From assembly GCA_963847705.1 (NCBI GenBank), contig CAWKBC010000027.1:128001-192000 (forward strand): a DNA stretch of 64,000 nucleotides, read 5' to 3'. The notes beneath the pieces were generated by a model, which saw only the letters and a list, made by a program, of their open reading frames with translations, searched no databases and was not told where the DNA came from. The translations under genes were made by a program, and so were the position numbers. Every line of letters begins with the position of its first letter. Position 1 is the stretch's first letter. Source of the stretch: an uncultured Pseudomonadota bacterium. GTDB taxonomy: Bacteria; Myxococcota_A; Polyangia; Fen-1088. Shown one piece after another: positions 28,630 to 38,581 of the stretch.

Positions 28630-28934
28630 ACCGAATCTGGCGTCTCCCTCTGAGCTCCTTTCTGCCTTGAGGAGGCACACCTTACGGGGGGAGCGTTCCG
28701 TCGCTGCGCGAGGGTTTCGAATCCCGCGGGAGTCTTTACTTGACCAGGCGAAGTTACAGGTAGTTTCTGACTCGCGATCGACTGAGTGCCGTAGATTCGC
28801 AGACGCTTCGAGCATCGGATCCAGTCCGCGCCGGCCCCAGGAGAGAGGTGGCGTAGCGGATCGTCGGTGGCCCGGGGACAGAAGCGGCCCTCTTCCTTGT
28901 CGCAAGCTGAATGTCGTCGGTGCGAACCCGCCAC

Positions 28935-30632
28935 CTACTTTCGGGCGTGCGAGCCTAGCTGCGTGGTGAACAACTCGACGAGCGGCGCGTTGGCGTTGGT
29001 CGGGTCGGGCAGCGTGCCGTAGCCGCGGTAAATGCCGAAGGCGTCCTCGTGATACGAGTGGTAAGAAAAATGGAGGTGGCGCGCGCGCAAGAGGTCGAGC
29101 ATATCGGCCACCCACCGTAACCCGCCGCGGTCGTCGTCGAACGCGAACCGGATCGCCCCCCACTCGCCAAGGAACAGCGGCACCTTGTGGCGCTTGCCCC
29201 AGGCCACGTAGGCGTCCAGCTCCTGCGCCACGAACTTCTTGTCGCTCTCCTGCACGGGCACGCGCGAGCTGAAGAAGTCGAGGCGGATCTGACAGGTGGC
29301 CGTCGCCGGGATCCCAACGCCCCGCATCCAGCCGCTCAGGCGGTAAGTCGCCCCGCGCTCGGTGCGGAAGCGCAGCACATCGGAGCCGAGGTTGGCGTCG
29401 GCCCGCGTGCCGGCGACGGCGATCGACTTGTCGTCGCCGTGACCGTCGTGTCCCGGGACAGCGCCGCCCTTGCCATCGGACGTCCAGAAGAACCAGCCGC
29501 GCGTGCCCGTCAGGTTCTGGCGCCAGATCTCCCGCTTGACCGAACCGTCAGCGGCCAACTCTTCGAGCACCAGATCGTCAAAGTAGACCCGACCCGAGTT
29601 GGCCTTGGCCACCAGCACTGGCTTGCCGACGGCGATCGTCGGATCATCGACTCGAAACGGCGCGCCTTGATAGAAGGTCCAGGGCGTGTCGCCCGGCGGC
29701 AGCTTGGGGCTCTGCTCCGTGCCGGCCTTGCAATCGAGCAGGAACCACTCAACCTCGGCGCGCGTGTCGGGGTAACGCACGTTCTCGGCAGTGAAGGGGA
29801 CCCACGACGCGTTCTGGTGGGTGAAGTGGAAGGGCTTGTAGAAGTGGAACTCGTAGACCGTGTTCGGGTCGGGGATGGTGAAGAAGTTGCGGTCCTCGTC
29901 TTCCTCCCACCGATTGGCGATCGCGTTTAGCCGCTCCACGAACAGCATGTGCTCGGGGTCGACAGTGCGGATCGCTGCAGCGATGCGGGTCGCCAGGTCG
30001 TGCCACTGGGCGGGCGCGTGCGTGACCACTGGTTCGTTCAGGAGGTCGAAGCCCGCGACGGTCGGCTCGCCGCGGGTGTGGCGAGCGATCTCGGTCCACA
30101 GGGCAATGAGCCGCTCTTGCCGACGGGAGTCATCCCAGAGCGCCTTGCCGTTGCCCAATGACTGAAAGCCGCCCGGCGGGACGTGCATGTTCAGTACCAG
30201 ATAGACGTGGTTCTTCCTGGCCCAGGCGATGTTGTCGTCGAGCCACTGCCAGCCGTCGGCGAGCATCGCCCCCGGCGCGTCGTCCGATTCGAACGTCCGG
30301 TAGTTCATGTAGAAGCGCACGACGTTCATCCCCATCGCCACGATGCGCTGGTAGTCGACCTCCGCGTGATCCTGCCGCGGCAGGCGTACGTTGGTCCAGA
30401 CCTGGTTGCCGAACGCCACCCCGCGCAGCATGACGGCGCGGCCGTGCCCGTCGACAACGTCGGCGCCGCGCACGCGCAGGATCTGCGCTGCGACGGCAGG
30501 CGCCAGCGGCGCGGGCGGCGTGGCTGCAAGCGACTTCACGACGGCCGCGGGCACCGCGACCGTTGGCGTCGTCGTGGGCGCCCCCGCGTCAGCGAGCGCC
30601 AGAATGAGCGCGAGGGAAGAGAGAGACATCAC
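28935..30632 (-). CDS. Glycoside hydrolase family 5 (cellulase family) with an inserted domain
   Basis: Signal peptide; NVVRF, NMHVPPG, DLLNEP (acid/base), FHFY, LGEWG (nucleophile). Confidence 0.88.
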   Translation of the reverse strand: MMSLSSLALILALADAGAPTTTPTVAVPAAVVKSLAATPPAPLAPAVAAQILRVRGADVVDGHGRAVMLRGVAFGNQVWTNVRLPRQDHAEVDYQRIVAMGMNVVRFYMNYRTFESDDAPGAMLADGWQWLDDNIAWARKNHVYLVLNMHVPPGGFQSLGNGKALWDDSRRQERLIALWTEIARHTRGEPTVAGFDLLNEPVVTHAPAQWHDLATRIAAAIRTVDPEHMLFVERLNAIANRWEEDEDRNFFTIPDPNTVYEFHFYKPFHFTHQNASWVPFTAENVRYPDTRAEVEWFLLDCKAGTEQSPKLPPGDTPWTFYQGAPFRVDDPTIAVGKPVLVAKANSGRVYFDDLVLEELAADGSVKREIWRQNLTGTRGWFFWTSDGKGGAVPGHDGHGDDKSIAVAGTRADANLGSDVLRFRTERGATYRLSGWMRGVGIPATATCQIRLDFFSSRVPVQESDKKFVAQELDAYVAWGKRHKVPLFLGEWGAIRFAFDDDRGGLRWVADMLDLLRARHLHFSYHSYHEDAFGIYRGYGTLPDPTNANAPLVELFTTQLGSHARK

Positions 30633-30984
30633 CGCGCAACCCGACGTGTTGTAGCAATGATCGCGCCCATAGAGAACCGCGTGTGTGCTCTCAAAGAATT
30701 CATCCTCGTCGTCTCAATTGCTGCAACAGGCGCACCAATCGTACCTTTCGCGCCGGCCGCTGTCCGCGCGGCGATCTCGGACGAGCCGCCGCACGCCATC
30801 GGCGCGCGTCGTCCGAACGGACAGTGCCGGGACGTCCGCGGACGTCGGCGCACTGTCCGGCGCCGAAAGCTCGAGGGAGCCTCCTCCCCGCGCGCTCCCG
30901 ATGCCCTCATCAACTGCGCCCCTCGTGGGGCGGCGCGGGCCTCAGCCCGCCAGCGGTGGTGGTCCGGCTTCGACAGGTCGCGCG

Positions 30985-31251
30985 CGCGCCGATCAAGCCA
31001 CGGTCGATCTGTCCGGCACAGTAAGGGCCACGTCGGGCAAGCACGCCGTTTACGTCGCCCTTTGGCGCGGCGAGGGGTTTCTCGAGCATCCCGTCCAACA
31101 GGTTAGACTGGCTGCTGGAGCCGAGCTGACGTTCACCTTCAGGGCGGCGCCCGGTCGCTGGGCGCCAAGTGCGTTCGAGGATCGCAATGACAACGGCGCA
31201 CTCGACATGGGGCACTTCGGGCCTAAGGAACCGGCCGGCTTCTGGCGATAA
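30985..31251 (+). pseudogene. DUF2141-like fragment
   Basis: VYVALW...PGRWAPSAFEDRNDNGALDMGHFGPKEPAGF, then a premature stop; no clear start. Confidence 0.55.
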
Positions 31252-31410
31252 CTTCCGCTGGCGATCGGAAAATCCCTTGTGAAATCAATGCGGTGGCGCG
31301 ACACCCGCGGTCCTCGCAGGAGCCACCGTTCGATTCTGTCAAAAGGCTGCCTGCTCCGATGGACCTGAGGGTACCCACATCCGGCGAGCCAGATCGGCTT
31401 CCGGAATCGA

Positions 31411-32166
31411 ATGAGGATTCATGCCGCATACCGGGGCCTGCTCGGCGCCGTGGGCCTCCTGACACTCGTCGCGAGCGGATGTGTTGGGACCCTGACGCAG
31501 GACACTCCGGACGCCGAGAGCAGGGGCGCTGGTGGATCGATAGGCAACGGCACCGGAGGGGCTGACCAAGGGAGCGGGGGAGATAGGGGTACCGGTGGTT
31601 CCCAGGTGACGGGAGAAGGTGGCCTCGTTGGTTCCGGGGGGATCGTCGGAAGCGGTGGAACGGAAACCGGAGGAAGTGGCTCCGGAGGAAGCGCGACCGG
31701 CGGAGTGATCGGAACCGGAGGAATCACGGGCACGGGTGGATTGACCGGCGCGGGGGGAGCGATCGGCACGGGTGGACTGACCAGTACCGGTGGAGTGAAA
31801 GGCACGGGCGGATCTGGAACGGGCGGCGTGAAGGGTACCGGGGGAGCCATCGGGACAGGGGGAGCCGGGAGCGGAGGGACAGGGGGCAGCGCCGCGCCCA
31901 CGTTCACCCAGATCTACACCACTGTCCTGGTCACCTACTGCTCCGGCAGTAGCTGCCACAACCCTGGGAGTCAGAAGGGCGTCAGCTTCGCCTCGCAGTC
32001 CACGGCCTATTCCGCGGTGAAGAGCCGGGTCACCGCCGGCAACGGCGCCGGCTCGAGCTTCTACATGACGGTCAACTCCGGCTCGATGCCGCCAGGTCAA
32101 AAGCTCTCTGCGGCGAATCTGGCCCTCATCAAGGCCTGGATCGACGCCGGGGCCCTGAACAACTGA
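31411..32166 (+). CDS. Lipoprotein with a GTGG-repeat linker and C-terminal cytochrome c-like domain
   Basis: Lipobox ASGC; long Gly/Thr repeat; CSGSSCH (CX4CH), GSMPPG, IKAWIDAGA. Confidence 0.75.
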   Translation: MRIHAAYRGLLGAVGLLTLVASGCVGTLTQDTPDAESRGAGGSIGNGTGGADQGSGGDRGTGGSQVTGEGGLVGSGGIVGSGGTETGGSGSGGSATGGVIGTGGITGTGGLTGAGGAIGTGGLTSTGGVKGTGGSGTGGVKGTGGAIGTGGAGSGGTGGSAAPTFTQIYTTVLVTYCSGSSCHNPGSQKGVSFASQSTAYSAVKSRVTAGNGAGSSFYMTVNSGSMPPGQKLSAANLALIKAWIDAGALNN

Positions 32167-32204
32167 GCGGAGCTCCCCATCGCCACGTATGATTCGTCGT
32201 CTTC

Positions 32205-33224
32205 GTGACGGCTCCGCTCGTTCTCCTCATCGCGGTGACGACCAACCCGGGTGGCATCTCCATGGCTCGAGATGCCGCCTCCGCCTGCCTCGAGTCCATG
32301 CCTCCCGGAGCAAAGAGCGTCGTGCGCGTGGCGGCGGCCGTCCCCCGAGACGTGGAGGTGGTCGATGACGCTTCCCAGCTCGGCGCGGCCGCGGCGGTGA
32401 TCGTGAGCTGGCACGACGCCTCTCTTCTGACCAGCGACGTGCGCGTGTTCGTCGCTTCGCCCGGGGACGGTGTCACGCACTGGATCACGCGGACGATCGT
32501 GTTCAGCGTCCGCGATTTGCCCGCCGAGCGTGGTCGTGCGCTCGGTCTGGTGATCGCCTCCGTCCTCGACGAAAGTTGGGGGATCGCGCTCACGCCGAGC
32601 GTGGAGCACCCAGTGGCGACCCTCCCACTACCCGGCGAAACAGGGAAGGTCGAGGATGAGCCCTCTTCACTCACAACCCGCCCAGGCCCGATCGAGTCTC
32701 CCGAGACACTCCCGCGATGGGCTCTCGAAGCCAACGTCACCACGGCCACCGGTCACTGGGAAGACGTGGATGACAGCATCGGCGGGATGATCGCCTTGCG
32801 GCGCTCGTTCTCGACACACTGGACGACGCGGGCGGGGCTGGGTTTTCGGGTGGCCGACATCGACGGGGCGGACGCGACGGGGCGCACGGTGCTCGGAGCT
32901 GCCGGTGTCGTCTGGATGAGCTCGAGGTTGGACCGGCCACGAACTCTCGCCTTCGGCGCGCGCGCCGACTTACTGGGAATGCATGAAGCAATTCAGCGCG
33001 GTGACGCGGCCCCGAGCGGGTCGCGAACCGAGGGTTACTGGTCCGTGGGCGCCGATCTTCTCGGGCAGGTCGGTTACGGGCTCTCTTCCTCAACGGCGTT
33101 AACGATGGGAGGTGGCGTCGAGGGGTTCCTGGCAGAAGCGGACATCATCGTGGCGGGCCAACCCGCCGCCACGATCCCGCACACGCAGCTGGTGCTGGAG
33201 CTGGGGGTTCTTTCGCGCTTCTAG
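32205..33224 (+). CDS. Hypothetical exported/outer-membrane protein
   Basis: 339-aa ORF in an operon with the ECF sigma factor; amphipathic C-terminal strands ending in F. Confidence 0.6.
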   Translation: MTAPLVLLIAVTTNPGGISMARDAASACLESMPPGAKSVVRVAAAVPRDVEVVDDASQLGAAAAVIVSWHDASLLTSDVRVFVASPGDGVTHWITRTIVFSVRDLPAERGRALGLVIASVLDESWGIALTPSVEHPVATLPLPGETGKVEDEPSSLTTRPGPIESPETLPRWALEANVTTATGHWEDVDDSIGGMIALRRSFSTHWTTRAGLGFRVADIDGADATGRTVLGAAGVVWMSSRLDRPRTLAFGARADLLGMHEAIQRGDAAPSGSRTEGYWSVGADLLGQVGYGLSSSTALTMGGGVEGFLAEADIIVAGQPAATIPHTQLVLELGVLSRF

Positions 33225-33258
33225 TGCCTGATCCGGGCACCGTCGCGGTACTCTTCGA

Positions 33259-33936
33259 GTGGCTGGCATGGCTGCCCTTCGAACCTCTGGACCGTCATTA
33301 TCGGTCGTCTCGAGCGAAGCCAAGAGCTCCGTGGAACGCCGGGCCTCGCGGAAAGACGAGGAAATCCTCGAAGGGGTGCGTCGTGGCGACGCGGTCGTCG
33401 CCGAAGACTTCTACTGGCGCATCAAGCCTGTCGTCGATCGCACGGTCCGCCGGCTCATCGGCCGGCTCGATCGTGACGGCGAGGACCTGGTTCAGATCGC
33501 CCTCGTTCAGCTCATCGAGTCTTTGCCCACTTACCGGGGCGAGTGCCCCCTCGACGCGTGGGTGTCCACGGTCGCGGCGCACGTCGTCTACAAGCACATC
33601 CGGCGTCGCCGCCTCGAGCGAAACATCTTCGAATCGGCGCTGGACGACGACGAGGAGCTGTCGACCAGCCAGAAGACGCCGGGCACCGCGCAAAGAATTC
33701 TGCTGCGCGACGCCGTCAAGCAGGTCGTCGATCATCTGACGACGATGCGGCCGGACCGCGCCTGGGCCTTCGTGCTCCACGACGTCTGCGGATATTCCCT
33801 GGACGAGGTGGCCCACATCTGTGGCGCGTCGGTCGGCGCCGCACAGAGCCGGCTGGTTCGGGGCCGGCGCGAGCTGCACCAGTTGATCGCCGCCGACCCG
33901 CGCCTGGTCGATCTGCTCGAGCGAGGCGAATCGTGA
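33259..33936 (+). CDS. ECF RNA polymerase sigma factor
   Basis: EDLVQIAL, YRGECPLDAW, FVLHDVCGYSLDEVA, AQSRLVRGR. Confidence 0.9.
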   Translation: MAGMAALRTSGPSLSVVSSEAKSSVERRASRKDEEILEGVRRGDAVVAEDFYWRIKPVVDRTVRRLIGRLDRDGEDLVQIALVQLIESLPTYRGECPLDAWVSTVAAHVVYKHIRRRRLERNIFESALDDDEELSTSQKTPGTAQRILLRDAVKQVVDHLTTMRPDRAWAFVLHDVCGYSLDEVAHICGASVGAAQSRLVRGRRELHQLIAADPRLVDLLERGES

Positions 33937-34982
33937 GCGGCCGGTTTCGCTATGCGCTGTTGGCTGCACGTGTTCTTCGTAGTGCTCGCGCGCGAATTCG
34001 ACCACAGCGCTCGGCGCCGCCCGAACATACGATTGCGATGCTCGCGGGCGTGATCTCCGTCGCGGCTGCCCGCCGTCGTCAGCGACGGACGGTGATCCTC
34101 GCAGGCGTCGCGACGGGGATGGTAGGACTCGCTCTGCTGCTGGCGTTCGGGCTGAAGAGGATGGTCCCGCGACCCTCGTTACCTTCGACCGCGAGCCGCG
34201 AGGCTGTGCCGGCAGCGAAGCAGCGGTTTGTGGCGGCGGGCAGCGCGCTCGCCAGCGTCCGGGCTGCAAGCGGCGAGGTTCAGCCCCTGCTCATCGGGCA
34301 GGAATGGCACGACGGAGAGCGTCTTCGCAGCGACGCTCTGCCCGTCGCGTTGACCGGCGCCGATGGGACGACCATCGAAGTCGATCCCCACTCCGAACTG
34401 GAATTGGTGCGCGGCGATGCGGAGCGCTGGTTTCGACTGGTGCAGGGAGTTGTCTCTGCGCACGTGACCAAGCTCAAGGCGGGCGAGCGTTTCGTGGTCA
34501 CCACGCCGGACACTGAAGTCGAGGTGCGCGGCACCCGTTTTCAGGTGACGGTCGTCCCTCCGGGCGAGGCGTGCGGTCAAGGCGTCATCACGCGAGTGGC
34601 TGTGTCCGAAGGGGTCGTGGTGGTCCGGTCCCTTGGAAACGAGATTAGGGTCGAAGCGGGGCAGCACTGGCCTCTCGGCTGCCCCGAACGGACTTCTTCG
34701 CTGGTGCGATCGGCGCCGGAACGGGCGACGGCCTCTGTGAAGCGCGCCGCCGTGCGTCCGTCATCGGCAAGGGACGAGTCCGCGGCCAGCGTGCCTCCGT
34801 CGACTCTGGCCACCGAGAACGACCTTTTCAGCTCGGCGCTCAAGGCTGAAAGGATGGGCGATCGTCGGGAGGCCGTCGAGTTGCTCAACGTTCTCCTGGC
34901 GCGCTTCCCGCAGAGCCCACTGAAGCAGAGCGCGGAATCGGCGCGCGCGAAGCTGAGCGAGTCGATCCAGCCGCCTCGATGA
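33933..34982 (+). CDS. FecR-domain anti-sigma factor with C-terminal TPR-like helices
   Basis: TM helix; FVVTTPDTEVEVRGTRFQV, VAVSEGVVVV; LLARFPQSPL; GTG start overlaps the sigma stop. Confidence 0.85.
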   Translation: MSGRFRYALLAARVLRSARARIRPQRSAPPEHTIAMLAGVISVAAARRRQRRTVILAGVATGMVGLALLLAFGLKRMVPRPSLPSTASREAVPAAKQRFVAAGSALASVRAASGEVQPLLIGQEWHDGERLRSDALPVALTGADGTTIEVDPHSELELVRGDAERWFRLVQGVVSAHVTKLKAGERFVVTTPDTEVEVRGTRFQVTVVPPGEACGQGVITRVAVSEGVVVVRSLGNEIRVEAGQHWPLGCPERTSSLVRSAPERATASVKRAAVRPSSARDESAASVPPSTLATENDLFSSALKAERMGDRREAVELLNVLLARFPQSPLKQSAESARAKLSESIQPPR

Positions 34983-35389
34983 TCTTCGGCGCGAAGGCCT
35001 GGCCTGTGCCGCGTCCGTCGTTGCTGTTTTCTCTCGCCATTGTGGCTGCCGCGGCCTTCGGCCTTCTCGCCTGCCGGGTCACGCTTCGGTTCGACTCGCC
35101 CGAGGCCGGAGCAGATGCCCCCCTCGCTGATCGGCCGTGCGTGACCGATCAGGAGTGTTCGAACCCGCTCCCGTACTGCGATCGAACGACCGGCCGTTGC
35201 GTGGAGTGCCTGACGACGGCGAATTGCTCTGAAAATGAGCTCTGTGATCCCGACAGCTCGAGGTGCCGACTCCCGATTTGTGACCGCCGTTCTGTCTTGG
35301 GCGCTCGGAACCAGAGCCCATGCTGCCCCGACCCTGCGCCGGTGTTCACGCACGGGAACACCGGAGTGGATGCGGCTCGAGAACAGTGA
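34979..35389 (+). CDS. Cys-rich lipoprotein (possibly truncated)
   Basis: LLAC lipobox; CVTDQEC...CDRTTGRCVECLTTANC. Confidence 0.6.
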   Translation: MIFGAKAWPVPRPSLLFSLAIVAAAAFGLLACRVTLRFDSPEAGADAPLADRPCVTDQECSNPLPYCDRTTGRCVECLTTANCSENELCDPDSSRCRLPICDRRSVLGARNQSPCCPDPAPVFTHGNTGVDAAREQ

Positions 35390-35446
35390 GCTCGTTCGTA
35401 GCCGAGGACCGTCCAGGCCCGCCGTCTTCCGGCCGTGGCCGCACCG

Positions 35447-35929
35447 CTACAATCGCCGACGGCGGCGTAAGCGGATCAGCACGGCCACGATGGCTGCCGC
35501 AAAGGCGGGGCGGGGTAGCCGGAGACCGTATCCGGGGGCCACAGCGCAGCCGTACGAGGGACCACTCGGCGACAGCGGTACGTCGGCGGGGGTGTTCGGA
35601 TCGGTGTTCGCGATCAGCTCGTCGATGTCCGAAACGCCGTCTCCGTCACTGTCGACGTTGTCGGCCTTGAGCGCGTCGAGCGCAGGAGTGAGTGTGCTCC
35701 GGTCGCTCGTCAACCCGTGCGCGAGCATCGATATGCCGAACGGGGTTTGAACGCTGCCGGAGCCCGTGGTCCCGTCGATGTGGCAGAGACTGCAGGGGGG
35801 CGTGTACCCGAGATGGGGCGTGAAGTAATCGGTGATGCGCCCGGGGAACTCCGGGACCGCCACCGCCGTGGCCGGTGTGAGCCAAAACAGGGCCAACCCC
35901 AGGAACGTCGAAACCAATCTGGTCCGCAT
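35447..35929 (-). CDS. Small exported CxxCH protein with a DxDxDG motif and MYXO-CTERM-like tail
   Basis: Internal signal peptide MRTRLVSTFLGLALF; CSLCH; DSDGDG; YGCAV + TM + RRRRR. Currently in frame with the upstream gene. Confidence 0.65.
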   Translation of the reverse strand: MRTRLVSTFLGLALFWLTPATAVAVPEFPGRITDYFTPHLGYTPPCSLCHIDGTTGSGSVQTPFGISMLAHGLTSDRSTLTPALDALKADNVDSDGDGVSDIDELIANTDPNTPADVPLSPSGPSYGCAVAPGYGLRLPRPAFAAAIVAVLIRLRRRRRL

Positions 35930-35937
35930 CGATGGCC

Positions 35938-37126
35938 TCATAGGAAGAGGTGGAGTTGGACCAAGTAGGTCTCGAATCGGAATGCGCCCCTGGGGAGGAG
36001 GCGAGGAGTAGCTCTGATGCACGTAGTCGAACCGAACGTCGACGTGCGAGTAGAAGAACCAAGCCACGCTCCCCCACAGGCTCCAGGAGGTGTCGGTCTC
36101 GGGCTGCCCCGAGCCGTAGGTCTCGCCCGTGCCGATGAAATGCAACCCTTGCCAGGGCTCGAAGTCTGCCTGGAGCATCGTAGCCAGGCCATTCCAGTGT
36201 GGCTGGCCCGACAAGCCCTCTCCGACGTAGTCGGCCTCGCCTAGCAAGACCAACTTATCGACAGGCGCGGCACGTAACGTCAGACCCTGGGCCTGACGAA
36301 GATTCGCGACCCCTAGGGTGACGTCCTTCTTGGCATAGGTGACGAGGCTGTTGATACCGAAAGCGTAGTGGCTGTTCGGACTCCATTCGAGGTATCCGCT
36401 GTAACCTCGCTGCCGATAGGCATCGGGAGATTCCTGGTAGTTACCTGCGATGGCCATCAGCTCGCCGCGGAACCCGCTTCTCCGCACCGCCAGCGCCACC
36501 CCGTGCTCTTGCGTATCGTTGATGTCGGTCTGGGTCGCAACGCGCACGAACAGGGTGTGCTCGATCGAACGGATGCCGTACGGCACGTTGATGCGGCCGG
36601 CGCGGAGCAAGACGGTGTCGTTCTCGAAGGTGTACCCGGCCCAGTACTCCCGCGCCACCAAGCTCGGGCCGCTCTCGGAAGTCACCACCGAGGCCGGAAA
36701 ATCTCCATTGGTCAGGACGCCGAGACTTGCGGCAGCGCGCCAGCGTCCAGCGTCGATTCCCACCCGCAGGTCGGCCTGCATCAGGATGTTTTGCTGGGCG
36801 TAGGGCGCGGCGCCCGCTTTCATGAAGAAAAGCCCGTCGCGAAAGCTTCCGCCGGTAAGCAGCCAATCGGGATTTTTCCAGAGACCGAAGAACGGCTCGA
36901 CCGGCGCGGGGTCGCTGCCATAACGGGAGCGTAAGGTGTCGGCGGCCTCTTCACGCCCGAACTCGTTCAAGAGGCCGGCCCCCGACGGATCGAGGTGACA
37001 GGTCGCGCAGCCGGTATAGCCGTGGCCAATCATCCAGGCGTAGGCGTGGGCGCGCCGGGGCGCCAGCGCGAGGGCCGAGAAGAGAACGACGACTGTCAAT
37101 AACGAACGACAGAAGCGGCTATGCAC
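35938..37126 (-). CDS. Beta-barrel outer-membrane protein with N-terminal CxxCH (frameshift near the 3' end)
   Basis: Signal peptide (AHA/YAW), CATCH, GRINVPYGIR. The natural ending ETYLVQLHLFL* lies in another frame (stop at 35938). Confidence 0.65.
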
Positions 37127-37266
37127 AGGGGACTTGGACTCGGAGATGTAGCGACGGCACTTCGGGGTGAGTACCGTAACCCAGGGAAAATCAGGCAGCC
37201 GTGGCGAAGGTCACGCGCCGTGACCGTCACGCGCGGTTTCATCTCCGTCGAGCACAGCGTCCGGGA

Positions 37267-38210
37267 TCAGGCGGCGACTTTCCGGATACTCCGCGCGCCG
37301 AGCCAGACCAAGACGATGGTCATTCCGAGGAGGGCCGCGACGTTGGGCCAGAGGTCGACCACGCTGGCGTTGCGAAGGACCACGCCACGCATGATCGCGA
37401 TCATGTGCGTCACGGGAAGTAGAAGACCGATCCCCCGCAACACGACGGGCATCCCCTCGAAGGGGAAGATGTAGCCCGAGAGAAACACCCCCGGCAGGAA
37501 GAGCAACTGTCCCATCTGCTGCGCCTCCATCTGCGTCTTGGCGCGGGTCGAGATGAGAAGGCCGAGCGAGAGCAGGGCGCTCAAGTAGAAGAGGGCGACG
37601 CCGTAGAGCAAGAGGATGCTGCCGCGGATGGGGACGGCGAATCCGAATCGCGTCGCGATCAGGATGAGCGTCATCTCCACCAGGCTCAGAACCAGGTAAG
37701 GGCCGAGCTTTCCCAGCATCAAGCCCAGCGGATCGATCGGGGTAACCAGGAGCTGCTCGAGCGTTCCCCTCTCGCGCTCGCGTACGATGGCTCCCGCCGA
37801 GAGCACGACGCCGAGGAGCTGCAGCAGCACCGCCATCAGCCCAGGGATGATGTAGTTGGCGGTCCGCCCTTCGGGGTTGAACAGGATGATCGGCTGCGCG
37901 GCGAGCGCGCCCAGGCCGGGGACGACGGTCTGAAGGCGAGCCAGGTTGTCGTTGGCCACGAGGCCATTGACGCTGGCCAGCGCTTGCGCGCTGCCGGTCG
38001 AGTCGGAGCCGTCGATCAGCACCAGCACCTGCGCGGTCGTTCCGCGCACGCGGTCGTCGTGGAAGCGCGGCGGGATGACGATGGCGATCCGTGCCCGGCC
38101 GGAGCGGATCTTCTGGCGGGCGTGCTCGGGATCGGTCATGACGTCGATGATCTTGAAGGTCTTGGTGGCCCTCAGCTGATCGCGGAAGAGGCGGCTTTCG
38201 AAGGCGACCG
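37267..38210 (-). pseudogene. ABC-2 type permease, 5' truncated, no ATPase partner nearby
   Basis: LFNPEGRTANYIIPGL, IVRERERGTLEQLLVTP, FLSGYIFPFEGMP; first TM helix and start are missing. Confidence 0.75.
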
Positions 38211-38287
38211 CGTCCTCCGAGTGACGATTGTGTGCCGTCGTGGTCGATTCGGCTGAAATGGCCTTGGACGTGCTTTCCCATCAAGCC

Positions 38288-38581
38288 ATGTCCAACACAG
38301 TCGATTCGTCCGCAAAGAATGCGTCTGCCTCGACGAGGCCTGGCGGCTCGTTGACCTCGCTGGTCGATACACTCTACGAGCTCCGCCAAGAAGTCGCGGA
38401 GGAGGGGCAGAAGACCCTCGACCGCTGGCGTCCGATGCTGAGAAGAGCTTCATTCCGACCCAACATGGCCCACTATCTCGCGCTGCGGAAGCATGACATC
38501 CGCCCCATCCAGGAGGCACTGACGCCCTGGGGTCTGTCGTCGCTCGGGCGCAGCGAGGGACGCCGCCGAGGGGAGCGATGA
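38288..38581 (+). pseudogene. Pyruvate kinase (long type), N-terminal relic
   Basis: NMAHYLALRKHDIRPIQEALTPWGLSSLGRSEG, then an abrupt change into the integrase region. Confidence 0.65.

Noticed and set aside
31540-31890. Possible CRISPR array or DNA tandem repeat
   Set aside because: The repeats are GTGG peptide repeats with synonymous variation inside a lipoprotein; there is no repeat-spacer structure and no cas genes.
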